Made by a program: the position numbers and the translations under genes | IMG/VR virus record: IMGVR_UViG_3300000228_000004 | Span: 46,524-110,523 of that record | DNA from: a virus | Length of the DNA: 64,000 nt | Direction: 5' to 3' (one strand) | The notes under the pieces: model-generated | Told to the model about the DNA's origin: nothing | The model's database searches: none | What the model saw: only the letters and a program-made list of their open reading frames with translations | Part shown: positions 38,514-48,455 of the stretch, in pieces | Layout of the letters: each line of letters starts with the position of its first letter | How positions within the stretch are numbered: position 1 is the stretch's first letter

Positions 38514-39293
38514 TTAATTTATATCGATTTTTTCAATTTCAGTTGAAGTAACATACCCTGAAAATTTGAATCCCAATTTTTCTATTTCATTCACGAAGGG
38601 GGTATAGTCCATTGAATCATCGTCTTGACCGGAAATTTTAACTATCTTAACTTCTCGCACTTTCACCTCGTGTAATAAAAATTCATCACTACTCCAAACT
38701 TTACTGGTCTTTTTTGAGATTGACGCCCTTATTTTTTCTATGAGTTCCTTCGTGATAATTTTTTTAGATTCATCCATATACCACTTCATAAATTGAGCCT
38801 TTCCCGTACCGTCGAGTTTTTTTGAGGCTGACCCAATACTAAATCGGTCTTCCACACCGAAATATTCCATCATCTTTTTATTCATGGGTACAGTGAACTC
38901 ATTATTTATCACATAATCCTTTTCAGTCATAATTGGATTAAGCCATTTATAACCGCTCCTTGATAATTGAGAATTGAAATCGGTACCAGCATCAAACGAA
39001 GATACACCAGAAACAGATACTAAGAACCGAGCTTGTCTTCTGGCGCCAGTAGAAATACCCTCGCCACCACGCTTGAAAACTGAAATAGTTTTCTTTTGAC
39101 CAATTAAGCCCTTTAAAGTTATCAATCCTTCTATATCGGTCACATGGTACGCTAATTCGACTGGTTTATTGAAATCTCTCATTATAGTCTGAGTTAGTGG
39201 TAAAAAGCCATGAGACGCCATTTCCCATTCTTTCATCGCTGATTTATTGTCTATATATCTTTCAAATACGGTATTTATGGCTTGTCTGAACAT
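38514..39293 (-). CDS. hypothetical protein, possible ADP-ribosyltransferase fold
   Basis: AYHVT...ISVF...DEFLL spacing; N-terminal MFRQAINTVFE motif. Confidence 0.45.
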   Translation of the reverse strand: MFRQAINTVFERYIDNKSAMKEWEMASHGFLPLTQTIMRDFNKPVELAYHVTDIEGLITLKGLIGQKKTISVFKRGGEGISTGARRQARFLVSVSGVSSFDAGTDFNSQLSRSGYKWLNPIMTEKDYVINNEFTVPMNKKMMEYFGVEDRFSIGSASKKLDGTGKAQFMKWYMDESKKIITKELIEKIRASISKKTSKVWSSDEFLLHEVKVREVKIVKISGQDDDSMDYTPFVNEIEKLGFKFSGYVTSTEIEKIDIN

Positions 39294-39819
39294 ATAGTCC
39301 CCTCTTAATGATTTTCAAAAATTACAAAGTAGTATTCTCTGAAAATGATTAAAGAATTGTGACCCTCAAGGATCTTTTTTTACATATAATCGCATAAAAT
39401 TTTCCTCTGAAGAGAAATAGGGTCTTGTTTCAACCCTCGAAATTTTAATTGACCATATTTGTTGTCCACTTGCAAGGTTTCGACTACTCATCGTGACTCC
39501 TTTAGTTCTGGAAATGTGTAGCATGCTACGGAAATATTTAATTTGTTTTTTCAGAGATAATGTAAATTATGAGATTATCGAATATACTAAATGTATCTAT
39601 TATATACGCAGTAGATAGGATCGTAATTTGAGAGTTTTTCTTGGGTAGTTGGTACTGTTCCTCTTCGGTGTATTCAAAGATAGTTTTACCATTTAGGGAA
39701 AATTTTAAAGTATACAAAGTATCATACCTCTTTTTTAGAGGTATTTAACGCACGGTAAGATTCCGTGAACATGTACGCAATAAGCCCACCGCCATAGGTT
39801 TCCGTGAACATATTTCGTT

Positions 39820-40299
39820 TCAAACCTTCAACAAACGGTCTGCGACATGCGATGCTGCCCAAGCTTCTGGTTTTACTTTCGGGGTAATCCCATTTACACC
39901 CTTAATGTACCCGATAGCCTGATGTAACGCGACTGAAGAGCCATGCATTATATTCGGATTAATATCCAAATGAACTTCAAAATACCTACCTTTCAACACA
40001 TCGGATAACTGGGTCACGATAGATGAAACTTTAAAAACTTCATTCATCATTCTTAACGATGGGCGACCAGGATCTTTATCAAAATCTCTTTCAAATGAGA
40101 CTTCCCCGAAAATTTTATTGTTGTCTTTTTCATAAACAACTATCGCCGTAACAAATCTCGCATGCCAATGACCACCCTTCCTGAATTTTTGGCTGTCGCA
40201 CCCAAGATATATTTTCGCAGATGGGTTGTCTTTTATATAATCAATAACTTCTTTTAAGTTTATTTTAAATTCTTTTGAGTTTATTTTTCTAGTTTTCAA
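39820..40299 (-). CDS. RNase H-like YkuK (DUF458) family protein
   Basis: IYLGCDSQ, RMMNEV, EVHLDIN, KPEAWAASHVAD. Confidence 0.85.
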   Translation of the reverse strand: MKTRKINSKEFKINLKEVIDYIKDNPSAKIYLGCDSQKFRKGGHWHARFVTAIVVYEKDNNKIFGEVSFERDFDKDPGRPSLRMMNEVFKVSSIVTQLSDVLKGRYFEVHLDINPNIMHGSSVALHQAIGYIKGVNGITPKVKPEAWAASHVADRLLKV

Positions 40300-40302
40300 T
40301 TT

Positions 40303-41089
40303 TCATTCCTCTATTGTCAATTCACTTAGTCCCCTAGAAGGAAATATTCCAGCGTATTTGATATCATTTTTTTCACAGAAAGACCGTATTTTACCATTGT
40401 CTGAATTCAAAGAATATACACTATCGATTTTGAATTTAGTTAAAATGACCTCATTGTATTTCATTTCTGCCGCATTATCCAAGAATTTTTGAAGTTCTTT
40501 GTAACCTCCGCCATCAATCCATTTTTCTATTTTTTTGAAATACGACTTTTGAAATTCTAATTGTTGCTTGACAGGAAGATTTTTTATTTTTTGTAAAACC
40601 AATTCTTCTGTTTGATCCTGTGGTGAAAAATCAACCCCAAATTCTTTAAAAATAGAAGTTATGACACCATCAATGGAAAATGTGAGTTTGAACTTACTAG
40701 CTCTTTCAGGTGAATCGTGGTTTATCCACCTTACACCATTTTCATCGACAGTAGTCCAAATATCACTTTTCCCCGTATTACTTCTGTTCCAGTAAGAACG
40801 GTTAGGCAGTTTGGTTGGGACGGTAATCGAGCCAACTCAGGACCTCCAACGGTGAAAGTAGATATTTGCGCATTTGTTTTAGAAATATTTTTGAGAGTTT
40901 CGAGGTGAACCTCATTCGTAAGATGAAAACTCTTGACTCCTTCTTGAGAATACCCTAATCTTTTCATCATCGGTAAAAAAGAGGAATTGCTCTATTAGAA
41001 ATCAAAGTATTATAGCCCCTTTTCATACCAGCGATTTTACTTAACTCTTCTTTTAAATATTGAATACTCTTTATAGCTTCTTTAATCAA
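40303..41089 (-). pseudogene. paralogue of 38514-39293, two single-base homopolymer frameshifts
   Basis: TTG-IKEAIKSIQ...AIPL(fs)PMMKRLG...SFHLT...QISTF...(fs)SDIWT...RWIN...YNEVIL. Confidence 0.65.
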
Positions 41090-41170
41090 TGAGTAACCTT
41101 TCTGCGTTGTTTCTTTTGGGTATTTAACGATTTGAGAATCCATGGGGATAAGTTATATTACATTCAATTG

Positions 41171-41327
41171 CTATCGATTTTTCTGAAGATATATCGCACC
41201 ATCAGGCGGTATAGTATTAAACCCTTATGGATATCCTGGATCGTTCTATGCCGCGTCATCTGTATCTTTGGTATATTCTAGATAACTTCAGAACCCGTCT
41301 TTGATATATCTTCAGAAAAATTGATAG
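41171..41327 (-). ncRNA. candidate late small RNA closed by a ~25-bp stem
   Basis: CTATC[A/G]ATTTTTCTGAAGATATATC inverted repeat; TATAAATA at 41333-41340 just upstream. Confidence 0.55.
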
Positions 41328-41433
41328 TTTACTATTTATAACAAACGCTCAAACTTTTTCCATAGGGTAATCGTGGCTTTCGTACCCAATTATTTGGAAC
41401 TATTTACGGTGAACGAAAATACACTTTTACTTA

Positions 41434-41510
41434 CGGTACTCCATGAGGGACTCGAACCCCCAATCCAACAGGTCGAAACCGATTGCTCTATACATTTGAG
41501 CCAATGAAGT
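41434..41510 (-). tRNA. tRNA-Arg(TCG), weak anticodon stem
   Basis: Acceptor ACTTCAT/ATGGAGT, loop TTTCGAC, T-arm GGTTCGAGTCC; ends CCG. Confidence 0.65.
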
Positions 41511-41517
41511 ATATATT

Positions 41518-41593
41518 CGGGGTAGATAATGGGAATTGAACCCAGATAACTCGTGCCACAGACAAGGATACTTACCATTGTACTATATCCACC
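41518..41593 (-). tRNA. tRNA-His(GTG)
   Basis: G-1, CTTGT-CTGTGGC-ACGAG, GGGTTCAATTCCC. Confidence 0.85.
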
Positions 41594-41602
41594 ATACATC
41601 GT

Positions 41603-41803
41603 TTATCTTTTTAAGGTAAACCCTTTATTCTTATCTTTAATTTTTATTTCTACTCTATCGTTGAAATGAACTACTCTGAAATCAATATTTTCTTTCAGAC
41701 CTTTATTTTTCAAAACTGTTATGAGTTGCTTTTGCTTAAATGTCATAATTGTCCCCCGTCTTATCATCATTTTCCTTATATTATTTTTGAGCGAGTGTAA
41801 CAC
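41603..41803 (-). CDS. hypothetical protein
   Basis: Short ORF; start uncertain. Confidence 0.35.
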   Translation of the reverse strand: MLHSLKNNIRKMMIRRGTIMTFKQKQLITVLKNKGLKENIDFRVVHFNDRVEIKIKDKNKGFTLKR

Positions 41804-41810
41804 GGATGAG

Positions 41811-42053
41811 CTACGCGCGCAAGTTTTGCATGAAGTTCAATACTTCTATTGTCAATTTATTCCCGTCACCATAAGGAAAGTTTATCTTACCTACTTTAGT
41901 GTGACTAGGTTTATATTCGAAATCATAAGAAAACTCATAAATATCGTAAGAACACATTTCACCATTACTTGGAATTCCGGATGGTTTCGTACGGTGAACG
42001 CCGATCTTTGTGAATGGTAAATTATCATTTACCCTTATTTCTATGAACATCAT
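41811..42053 (-). CDS. hypothetical protein
   Basis: ORF with AAGG RBS inside the tRNA island. Confidence 0.5.
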   Translation of the reverse strand: MMFIEIRVNDNLPFTKIGVHRTKPSGIPSNGEMCSYDIYEFSYDFEYKPSHTKVGKINFPYGDGNKLTIEVLNFMQNLRA

Positions 42054-42187
42054 TTTAAACCTTTTTATACTTTTATACGAGATAGAGGGTAAAACCCCTC
42101 CTCTTCAAATACTTGATTGTTATGATTTCAGTTTCCTTGTTGAACAAGTACTCACACCATTTACCACGGGAAGGTAATCAATACAAA

Positions 42188-42263
42188 TGGCAGCCCATAG
42201 AGGGATTTGAACCCCCGACCGCTTCATTACAAGTGAAGTGCTCTACCACTGAGCTATGTGGGC
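42188..42263 (-). tRNA. tRNA-Thr(TGT)
   Basis: CTTCA-CTTGTAA-TGAAG, canonical D and T arms. Confidence 0.9.
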
Positions 42264-42311
42264 ATTTGTGCGGTGTTATACATCTACGCAAAGAAGTAAC
42301 CCAATTTATTT

Positions 42312-42386
42312 TGGTTGACGCAGAAGGATTCGAACCTCCAACCTCTTGGTTCAAAACCAAGCATTCTGCCGTTGAATTATACGTCA
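42312..42386 (-). tRNA. tRNA-Gln(TTG)
   Basis: CTTGG-TTTTGAA-CCAAG, U1-A72, CCA. Confidence 0.88.
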
Positions 42387-42389
42387 ATA

Positions 42390-42476
42390 TGGAGGAAGAT
42401 GTGGGTAACGACCCCACTCAGGTTTTACCCAGACTCCGTTTAGCAAACGGGCACATTACCTTTCTGTCAATCTTCC
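42390..42476 (-). tRNA. tRNA-Ser(GCT)
   Basis: CCGTT-TGCTA-AACGG region with GCT anticodon, long variable arm, atypical T-loop GTCGTTA. Confidence 0.82.
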
Positions 42477-42486
42477 ATTTTTGAAC

Positions 42487-42563
42487 TGGAGCCTGATATC
42501 CGATTTGAACGGATAATCTTTCGCTTTGCAGGCGAGTGCTTTGCCAACATAAACTATAGGGGA
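42487..42563 (-). pseudogene. tRNA-Cys(GCA) with unpaired acceptor stem
   Basis: CTGCAAA loop, T-arm and U73-CCA intact, but the 5' strand does not pair with ATCAGGC. Confidence 0.6.
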
Positions 42564-42574
42564 ATAAACTTTTT

Positions 42575-42648
42575 TGGTCCTCGGTGAAAGTATCGATCTT
42601 TCGTCTAACGCTTATCGGGCGATCGTTCTGCCTTTGAACTAACCGAGG
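42575..42648 (-). tRNA. tRNA-Ile(GAT), non-canonical
   Basis: Acceptor CCTCGGT/ACCGAGG-ACCA, loop CCGATAA (C33), T-loop ATCGATA. Confidence 0.75.
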
Positions 42649-42649
42649 A

Positions 42650-42741
42650 TGGAGGAAGATAAGGGATTCGAACCCTTGGAGCGTTTAACGACCCTCTGGT
42701 TTTCAAGACCAGCGCACTCGACCAGACTATGCGAATCTTCC
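42650..42741 (-). tRNA. tRNA-Ser(TGA)
   Basis: CTGGT-CTTGAAA-ACCAG, long variable arm, CCA. Confidence 0.92.
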
Positions 42742-43144
42742 GTTTAAAAAATATCTTTGTACCTGAGCAGGTACTTATAAAAAATGTTTTGAGTTATATT
42801 TTTTGAACCTAAGAAAGATTCAAGGAGAAATAAAGAACTCATAAGAGCTCTTTATTTAGAAGAGTTCTTATGAAGTCTAGATATTCCCAGATCTTTGATA
42901 ATCGTGATTATCAATCAACTTGGTGGATTTCGGGGCACTAATAGATTCATTAGTAATGAAATTCGTATTAAAAATATTTTTCGTGTAATATTTCATACAG
43001 TGCTCCTTTTATTTGAAGTTATTTAATGTTTAAGTTTAATAACCTTTTAACTTCTATTATTATAGCTGACATTTACTTAAAGTTAGCTTAAATTTTGAAG
43101 TTATTTCAATCTTTTGTTACCAACTACCTAGATTTTTGATGAAT

Positions 43145-43480
43145 TTATTCATACTCACCATAAATATCACCGACTTCTATGATGGCGTTATAATCATCGC
43201 TAGAATTTTCTTGCGAAAGTGAATATTGGAACTCACTCCCTATATTTGTTTCGAGAGATTTTTTTATAAAATTAAAATCTCCCTTATTTTCCATACCTAC
43301 AGTGATCACCCAAGCATTATTCCAATAAGCAGGAGATACATCAATAACTTCTACGCCTTTCACCCCTTTCAGGGATCGTTTGATCCGTTTCACCATTACA
43401 TTGATACTGGATTTCGCACCCATTTCGACGAAATGGGATGATTTTAATTTTTCTACTATTTCTTTCAACATCGTTTTCAC
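43145..43480 (-). CDS. hypothetical protein with N-terminal MLKEIVE motif
   Basis: ORF with GAGG RBS. Confidence 0.55.
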   Translation of the reverse strand: MKTMLKEIVEKLKSSHFVEMGAKSSINVMVKRIKRSLKGVKGVEVIDVSPAYWNNAWVITVGMENKGDFNFIKKSLETNIGSEFQYSLSQENSSDDYNAIIEVGDIYGEYE

Positions 43481-43567
43481 CTCAACTATTTTATAGTATT
43501 CTGAACAATATCAGATTGTTATTGGACACCAAATACTGACGGCGATAATTTCAAATTCGACTAACTT

Positions 43568-44095
43568 TCAATTTTCGCGTGTAGTCTGTTTACTATTTAA
43601 TATTTCCAAATAATAGTCTTTAATTCTCTGGTGCGTGACGAACTCATAATCATTGACATCCAAATTTACATTAAAGTACCGTTTATCATCCAAAACTTCT
43701 TTATGTAAATGCCCGTGTATGCAACCAGCCCTATCCCTTATTTCTTGTGGGTGTATTGGGCAGTGCGTGAGCCAAGTATTTTTGTAAGAAAAGAGCGGTA
43801 ACTGAATTTCAATGAAATCTTCTTTATACAGTTTCATTGAATCATGGTTCCCCATAACTAATTTGATCCTACATTTAACCTTTCTCAATCTTTCAATATA
43901 CGCTTCATAGTGACTACCATCAAAAAGGAAATCACCCAAAACAAAAAGAATATCTCTCTTCCCTAACGCTTCAATTTTTTTGAATACATATTCATCATGC
44001 TCTTCAGCATTCAAAAACACATCTCTATATTTATAAATTTCCATGTGACCTAAGTGGAGGTCGCTCGTAAAATAATTCACATTTTCCCCTTCCAT
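43568..44095 (-). CDS. calcineurin-like metallophosphoesterase
   Basis: SDLHLGH, LGD, GNHD, THCP, HGHLH. Confidence 0.88.
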   Translation of the reverse strand: MEGENVNYFTSDLHLGHMEIYKYRDVFLNAEEHDEYVFKKIEALGKRDILFVLGDFLFDGSHYEAYIERLRKVKCRIKLVMGNHDSMKLYKEDFIEIQLPLFSYKNTWLTHCPIHPQEIRDRAGCIHGHLHKEVLDDKRYFNVNLDVNDYEFVTHQRIKDYYLEILNSKQTTREN

Positions 44096-44245
44096 GAAAT
44101 ACTCATGATAATATTAAAGTGACTTTTGTTCCTGGGAATTTAACACCCTTTCGTGAACCACCCTGCCATAAATGACGAGGGTTTACGAAACTGATGCCAA
44201 TTGTTCTATATTATCAATCATCGTAATCCTTTTACTGTGAAGTAT

Positions 44246-44278
44246 ATTATACCGTAACTCAGCTTAATTGTCGCTTAA
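44246..44278 (-). promoter_or_regulatory. early promoter
   Basis: TTAAGCGACAATTAAGCTGAGTTACGGTATAAT; TTAA is the stop of the upstream gene. Confidence 0.75.
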
Positions 44279-44754
44279 TTACCAAAATCAGCCTTGATAT
44301 GCTCCACAGTTTCATTTTCAAAACATATAGTGAAATCAACCATTGGTAAATTAGAAATATCAATATCTCCAGCATTATAAGATAATGTAAAATGTGGTTT
44401 GTATTCACTGAAGTCACTCACGAACCCATATTTTTCAACAAGTTCTGAATTCCTGTGAAAAAGTTCTTGTGAATGTATTTCAACAACAAGTGCTTCACCA
44501 TCTTTTCCGAATTTTGAATAATTAGTCGGGATTGCTTCTATTGAATATTCCTTAGACTCTATTTCACCGAAAAAAGGTTTTTTAGAGTATATAAGGGTAC
44601 AGTGTTGATCATAATTGAATTCAATGCCGTTAAGGTACTTGTTTGTAAATTCTTCAAGTTTGTCTATTGAAGTTTGTTTCATTTTTAATGCGATATATAC
44701 GCCTCGCGTATATAGTAAATCAGAAGAAAGTTTTTCGATAATTTCTCTAATCAT
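44275..44754 (-). CDS. 2H phosphoesterase, T4 gp57B/Acb1-like
   Basis: G.YIA, HCTLIYS and YKPHFTLSY twin HxT motifs. Confidence 0.8.
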   Translation of the reverse strand: MIREIIEKLSSDLLYTRGVYIALKMKQTSIDKLEEFTNKYLNGIEFNYDQHCTLIYSKKPFFGEIESKEYSIEAIPTNYSKFGKDGEALVVEIHSQELFHRNSELVEKYGFVSDFSEYKPHFTLSYNAGDIDISNLPMVDFTICFENETVEHIKADFGN

Positions 44755-45311
44755 AGTTGCCCCTCATATATTTGTAATACTTCAACCCCATTATCAGCTA
44801 GGTAAACTAATGCGGAAGAGTCACCGTATTCTTTACAGAATACAACTCTCTTCACTCCACTCGTAATAATAGCATTACAACATTCTATGCAAGGGGAGTG
44901 GGTGATGTACATTTCACACCCATCTATTCGGATACCATTTTTGGCGGAAAAATATATAGCATTCCGTTCAGCGTGAAGAACATTAGACTTTGTTCTTGTT
45001 TTCTTTATTACATGTACTACCCCAGATGCGCCACATGCCGTACATCGGTTTTTTGAAATATCTTCGCTATAAAGAAGTTTATTCTGGACTGAACAACCGC
45101 AAACAGAACATACATTTTCGAACCAATCTTCTTCACAACAGTTTTCCATTCCAGGGGGAGTACCATTATACCCAGTAGCTAAGGGTCTCCCGTCTTTTGC
45201 GATAACCGCGCCGACTTTCAACCTTTCGCAATTAGACATCTTTGAAAAAACGAAAGCTGTTTCTAATAGGACTTTATCAAATTTCTTTATCATTTCGTGT
45301 TGATTACTCAT
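44751..45311 (-). CDS. cd: dCMP deaminase with Zn-ribbon insertion
   Basis: KVGAVI, GYNGTP, HAERNA, SPCIEC. Confidence 0.93.
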   Translation of the reverse strand: MSNQHEMIKKFDKVLLETAFVFSKMSNCERLKVGAVIAKDGRPLATGYNGTPPGMENCCEEDWFENVCSVCGCSVQNKLLYSEDISKNRCTACGASGVVHVIKKTRTKSNVLHAERNAIYFSAKNGIRIDGCEMYITHSPCIECCNAIITSGVKRVVFCKEYGDSSALVYLADNGVEVLQIYEGQL

Positions 45312-45494
45312 TTTATCTCAATTCATTTTAATTTTAATAGAATTTCCAATTCTTCCTGTAGTGAGCCTTTTTCGCTGGGATCATCAGAGAGCTTTATCGA
45401 AAGCTTCAAAAATTCTATTTCTGTGTTTAATTCTGTTATATCTTCTTCAGTCATTGATTCCCCTTAACTTTGTAAATATTTAAGGGGAATTGAT

Positions 45495-47240
45495 TTATCC
45501 TTCACATGCGACGCAAGTAGAACGGTCTATTTTAACTTTCGTTTTTCCATTCAGGGTTCTTATATAATATAAAGACTCTATATCAGGGTCTCTGAATGCC
45601 GCATCGTGAACTTCTGAAATTTCCTCTTCTAACGCATCGTGCGGGAAGTAAAGGTTCGTTGATTGACCTTGACCCCCACCAGATTTATTCATATTTCTTT
45701 GTCTGTCTCCGGACATCTTCAATATAGAATAAGGACTAATCTCAAACGCGGTTCTAAAAATGTCTTTTTCATGCTGTGTTAGCCAACTTTCACCTTGAAC
45801 TGAACCCTTGTCTTCCGCTATGCGCTCAATTACTTCAGGTGAATTCATACCTCTCTTTTTCATCAACTCTAGGAAAGGGGGATTAATCCTGAAAACTGTT
45901 CCGCCTGCAGTGTCTTGTTCATAAACATTAGCGAATACTGGTTCTATTCCTTGTGAAATCCCGCCCATAATTATAGAAGTTGACATCGTCGGAGGAAATG
46001 CTAATCTATGGCTGAATCTTTCGCCATAACCAACCATCCACTCTGGTTCACCGACTTCTCTTGCTAGCCACTGCGAAACTTCTAATGTTCTGTCATCTAA
46101 TTGTTTGACCAAAAGTTGATTAAACATAATTGAAGACAAATCACCAAATACCCAACCCTCTTGTTGATAATATGTGGCTTCACCGAGAATACCTAACCCA
46201 ATTGCTCTTGATTTTTCAGTGAAATTAACTACCCTTTCAAACCCCTTCTCCCCTTTAGCCTTTATTAACATATCGGAAATAATAGCATCTAAAAACACCG
46301 TTGCTATTTCTACTGCTTTAGTATCTTTCCACTCATTATATTTTGATACATTCATTGAAGCCAAAACACAAGTAAACGAATGATCTTCATCACTCATCAA
46401 TTGAATCTCACAGCATAGGTTACTACCCTTAATCAAGAACCCTTTATCTTTATACATTCTTGGTCGGCTTCTATTTGCTTTATCTATGAAAAAGAAATAT
46501 CCTTTACCTTTGATGAGCTTTATTCTCAACATTTTCTTCCAAATTCTATCAGCGCTTTCTGGGTCAGTGTTGAACAAGTCTTCAAATTCATCAGTTATAT
46601 TCCAACCAATATTCCAACCAGCATCATCTGAAAGTATTTGGTCAGCGACTTCATCAAAATCTGGGTGAAGTGGGTCTATGTACAAACCAGCTGCACCCCT
46701 CCGACTTGATCCCTGAGACACATCTTTCATATCTTGAACAATACCTGCCGCAGGTTGCATGACCCCGTTAGCAGTCCCACCAGTAGATATTGGTGAACCG
46801 CGATGCCTAGCATCACCTATAACAGTAGAAGTACCGTACCCCCTCTGGGTAAGTTGTGACATTTCTAATCTTGCTTCATACCAACTCCTAATAGAGTCAC
46901 CTAGATGCGTACCACTACAGGATACTGGGTGACCCCTATCATTACCAAAGTTGATTAATGTCGGTGAAGCTGGTGACACCCAACCTTTCCAAATAACTTG
47001 GAAAAACGCGTCTTCCCAATTTTCAAAACCCCAATCATCTGGGATTGGTACTGTCGTTAATTCTGCTGCTCTTTTAGCTTGTCTCCTGTACATACCAAGA
47101 GGAGTTTCGTCTGGTGCTAAGTATCTTTGTTCTGTTGCCAATTGAAACCCAGCGGTGGTGTACCATTCTGGAGCCTCTCCTTGTTCTTGTAAAGTTTTTC
47201 TCAGGTTTGAAAGTTTTTCATATTTTGTTTCTATTGACAT
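45495..47240 (-). CDS. nrdA: class I ribonucleotide reductase alpha subunit
   Basis: PVSC, SNLCCEI, PPTMSTS, SLYYIR, C-terminal CVACEG. Confidence 0.93.
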   Translation of the reverse strand: MSIETKYEKLSNLRKTLQEQGEAPEWYTTAGFQLATEQRYLAPDETPLGMYRRQAKRAAELTTVPIPDDWGFENWEDAFFQVIWKGWVSPASPTLINFGNDRGHPVSCSGTHLGDSIRSWYEARLEMSQLTQRGYGTSTVIGDARHRGSPISTGGTANGVMQPAAGIVQDMKDVSQGSSRRGAAGLYIDPLHPDFDEVADQILSDDAGWNIGWNITDEFEDLFNTDPESADRIWKKMLRIKLIKGKGYFFFIDKANRSRPRMYKDKGFLIKGSNLCCEIQLMSDEDHSFTCVLASMNVSKYNEWKDTKAVEIATVFLDAIISDMLIKAKGEKGFERVVNFTEKSRAIGLGILGEATYYQQEGWVFGDLSSIMFNQLLVKQLDDRTLEVSQWLAREVGEPEWMVGYGERFSHRLAFPPTMSTSIIMGGISQGIEPVFANVYEQDTAGGTVFRINPPFLELMKKRGMNSPEVIERIAEDKGSVQGESWLTQHEKDIFRTAFEISPYSILKMSGDRQRNMNKSGGGQGQSTNLYFPHDALEEEISEVHDAAFRDPDIESLYYIRTLNGKTKVKIDRSTCVACEG

Positions 47241-47255
47241 ATATTATCCTTATTT

Positions 47256-48308
47256 TTAGTTATACGAAAGTTCTGTTTTAGGCTTTGATAAAAATGGTAA
47301 CCTAGAAAGATTATTTGTTTTCCAAGATCGTCTATAGCTTGATGTACCAGAAACAAAGAAATCATGCATCTTTATTGAGTTTGCCCCTTTATAAAACCAT
47401 TTTGAAATAGGGTTGTCAACTACATCATATATCGTTTTAAACCCACATTCAGTGAGCGTCGAGTCTGCTCTAGAGCGTATGAAAGATTTCAAATGAGAAG
47501 GCGTTATATCATTGATAGAAGCTTCACCTCTGAAGACATAATCTATTACGGCATCTTCGTGAGAAATAATCTCGCGCACAAGGGTATTAACATTTTCTTC
47601 ATGCTCTTTGAACGGAAAACTTTCCCCGAACTCTTCTATATAGGTGTTATGTAAATAAGAAGCAAATATTCCGTGAAGAGTCTCATCTTGAACAACAAAA
47701 TCAACACCAGTAACTGTATTGGTGATAAGGTTATGTCCGTTTGCTTGAAATGATTTCAACATTGCAAAGTTACTAAATAATAAAACTTGTTCTATCATAG
47801 AAACGGTCACGAGTGAAAGTGCCTTATTTTTATCTAAATTCTTCGTGATTTCATTCAAGAAAGTCAATTTACTTTTTAACACAGATATGGTTTGTTGATT
47901 TCTAGCAGTCATTTCTGGTTCAATATTCATTTCATCAGACATTTTTTGATAAAAGAACGCGTGAACTGATTTCTCCATAGAAGAAATCGCGGAACAAGCA
48001 CCCTCTATTTCAGAGTGGGGGAACCAACTCGCTATTGTTTCCCAAACCATACCAACCTTTTGTTCTATTTCAACAAAAAGATCTAGTGTCACGCTGGTCA
48101 AATTAAACTGCGCTTTAGACATGTTATGCCTATAATCGTGGATGTCTTTTTCAATTGGAATTTCTTGTTCAGTCCAAAATACATCTTGTTGTTTTTTTCT
48201 TATTTCGTTCGCTAATGGGTAAAGGTAGTCACCGAATAAACTCGGTGTTTCGATTTGAAGTTTTTTATCTCTTCCTACAGTATAGTCACTGTTTTTGTCT
48301 ATAATCAT
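47256..48308 (-). CDS. nrdB: class I ribonucleotide reductase beta subunit
   Basis: FWTEQEI, EKSVHAFFY, EQVLLFSNF, DETLH, DFF. Confidence 0.93.
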   Translation of the reverse strand: MIIDKNSDYTVGRDKKLQIETPSLFGDYLYPLANEIRKKQQDVFWTEQEIPIEKDIHDYRHNMSKAQFNLTSVTLDLFVEIEQKVGMVWETIASWFPHSEIEGACSAISSMEKSVHAFFYQKMSDEMNIEPEMTARNQQTISVLKSKLTFLNEITKNLDKNKALSLVTVSMIEQVLLFSNFAMLKSFQANGHNLITNTVTGVDFVVQDETLHGIFASYLHNTYIEEFGESFPFKEHEENVNTLVREIISHEDAVIDYVFRGEASINDITPSHLKSFIRSRADSTLTECGFKTIYDVVDNPISKWFYKGANSIKMHDFFVSGTSSYRRSWKTNNLSRLPFLSKPKTELSYN

Positions 48309-48455
48309 TTATAATTCTCCTAAGTTGATTGTGTGATATTTAAGTGATAACCACATACACAAACTACCCCAATTATAAACCTTTTTTCTTAAAATGCGCT
48401 TAACTTTTGGTCGTGGTCGTGGTTGAAGCCCGAATTTCATGCGGATTTTTAAATA

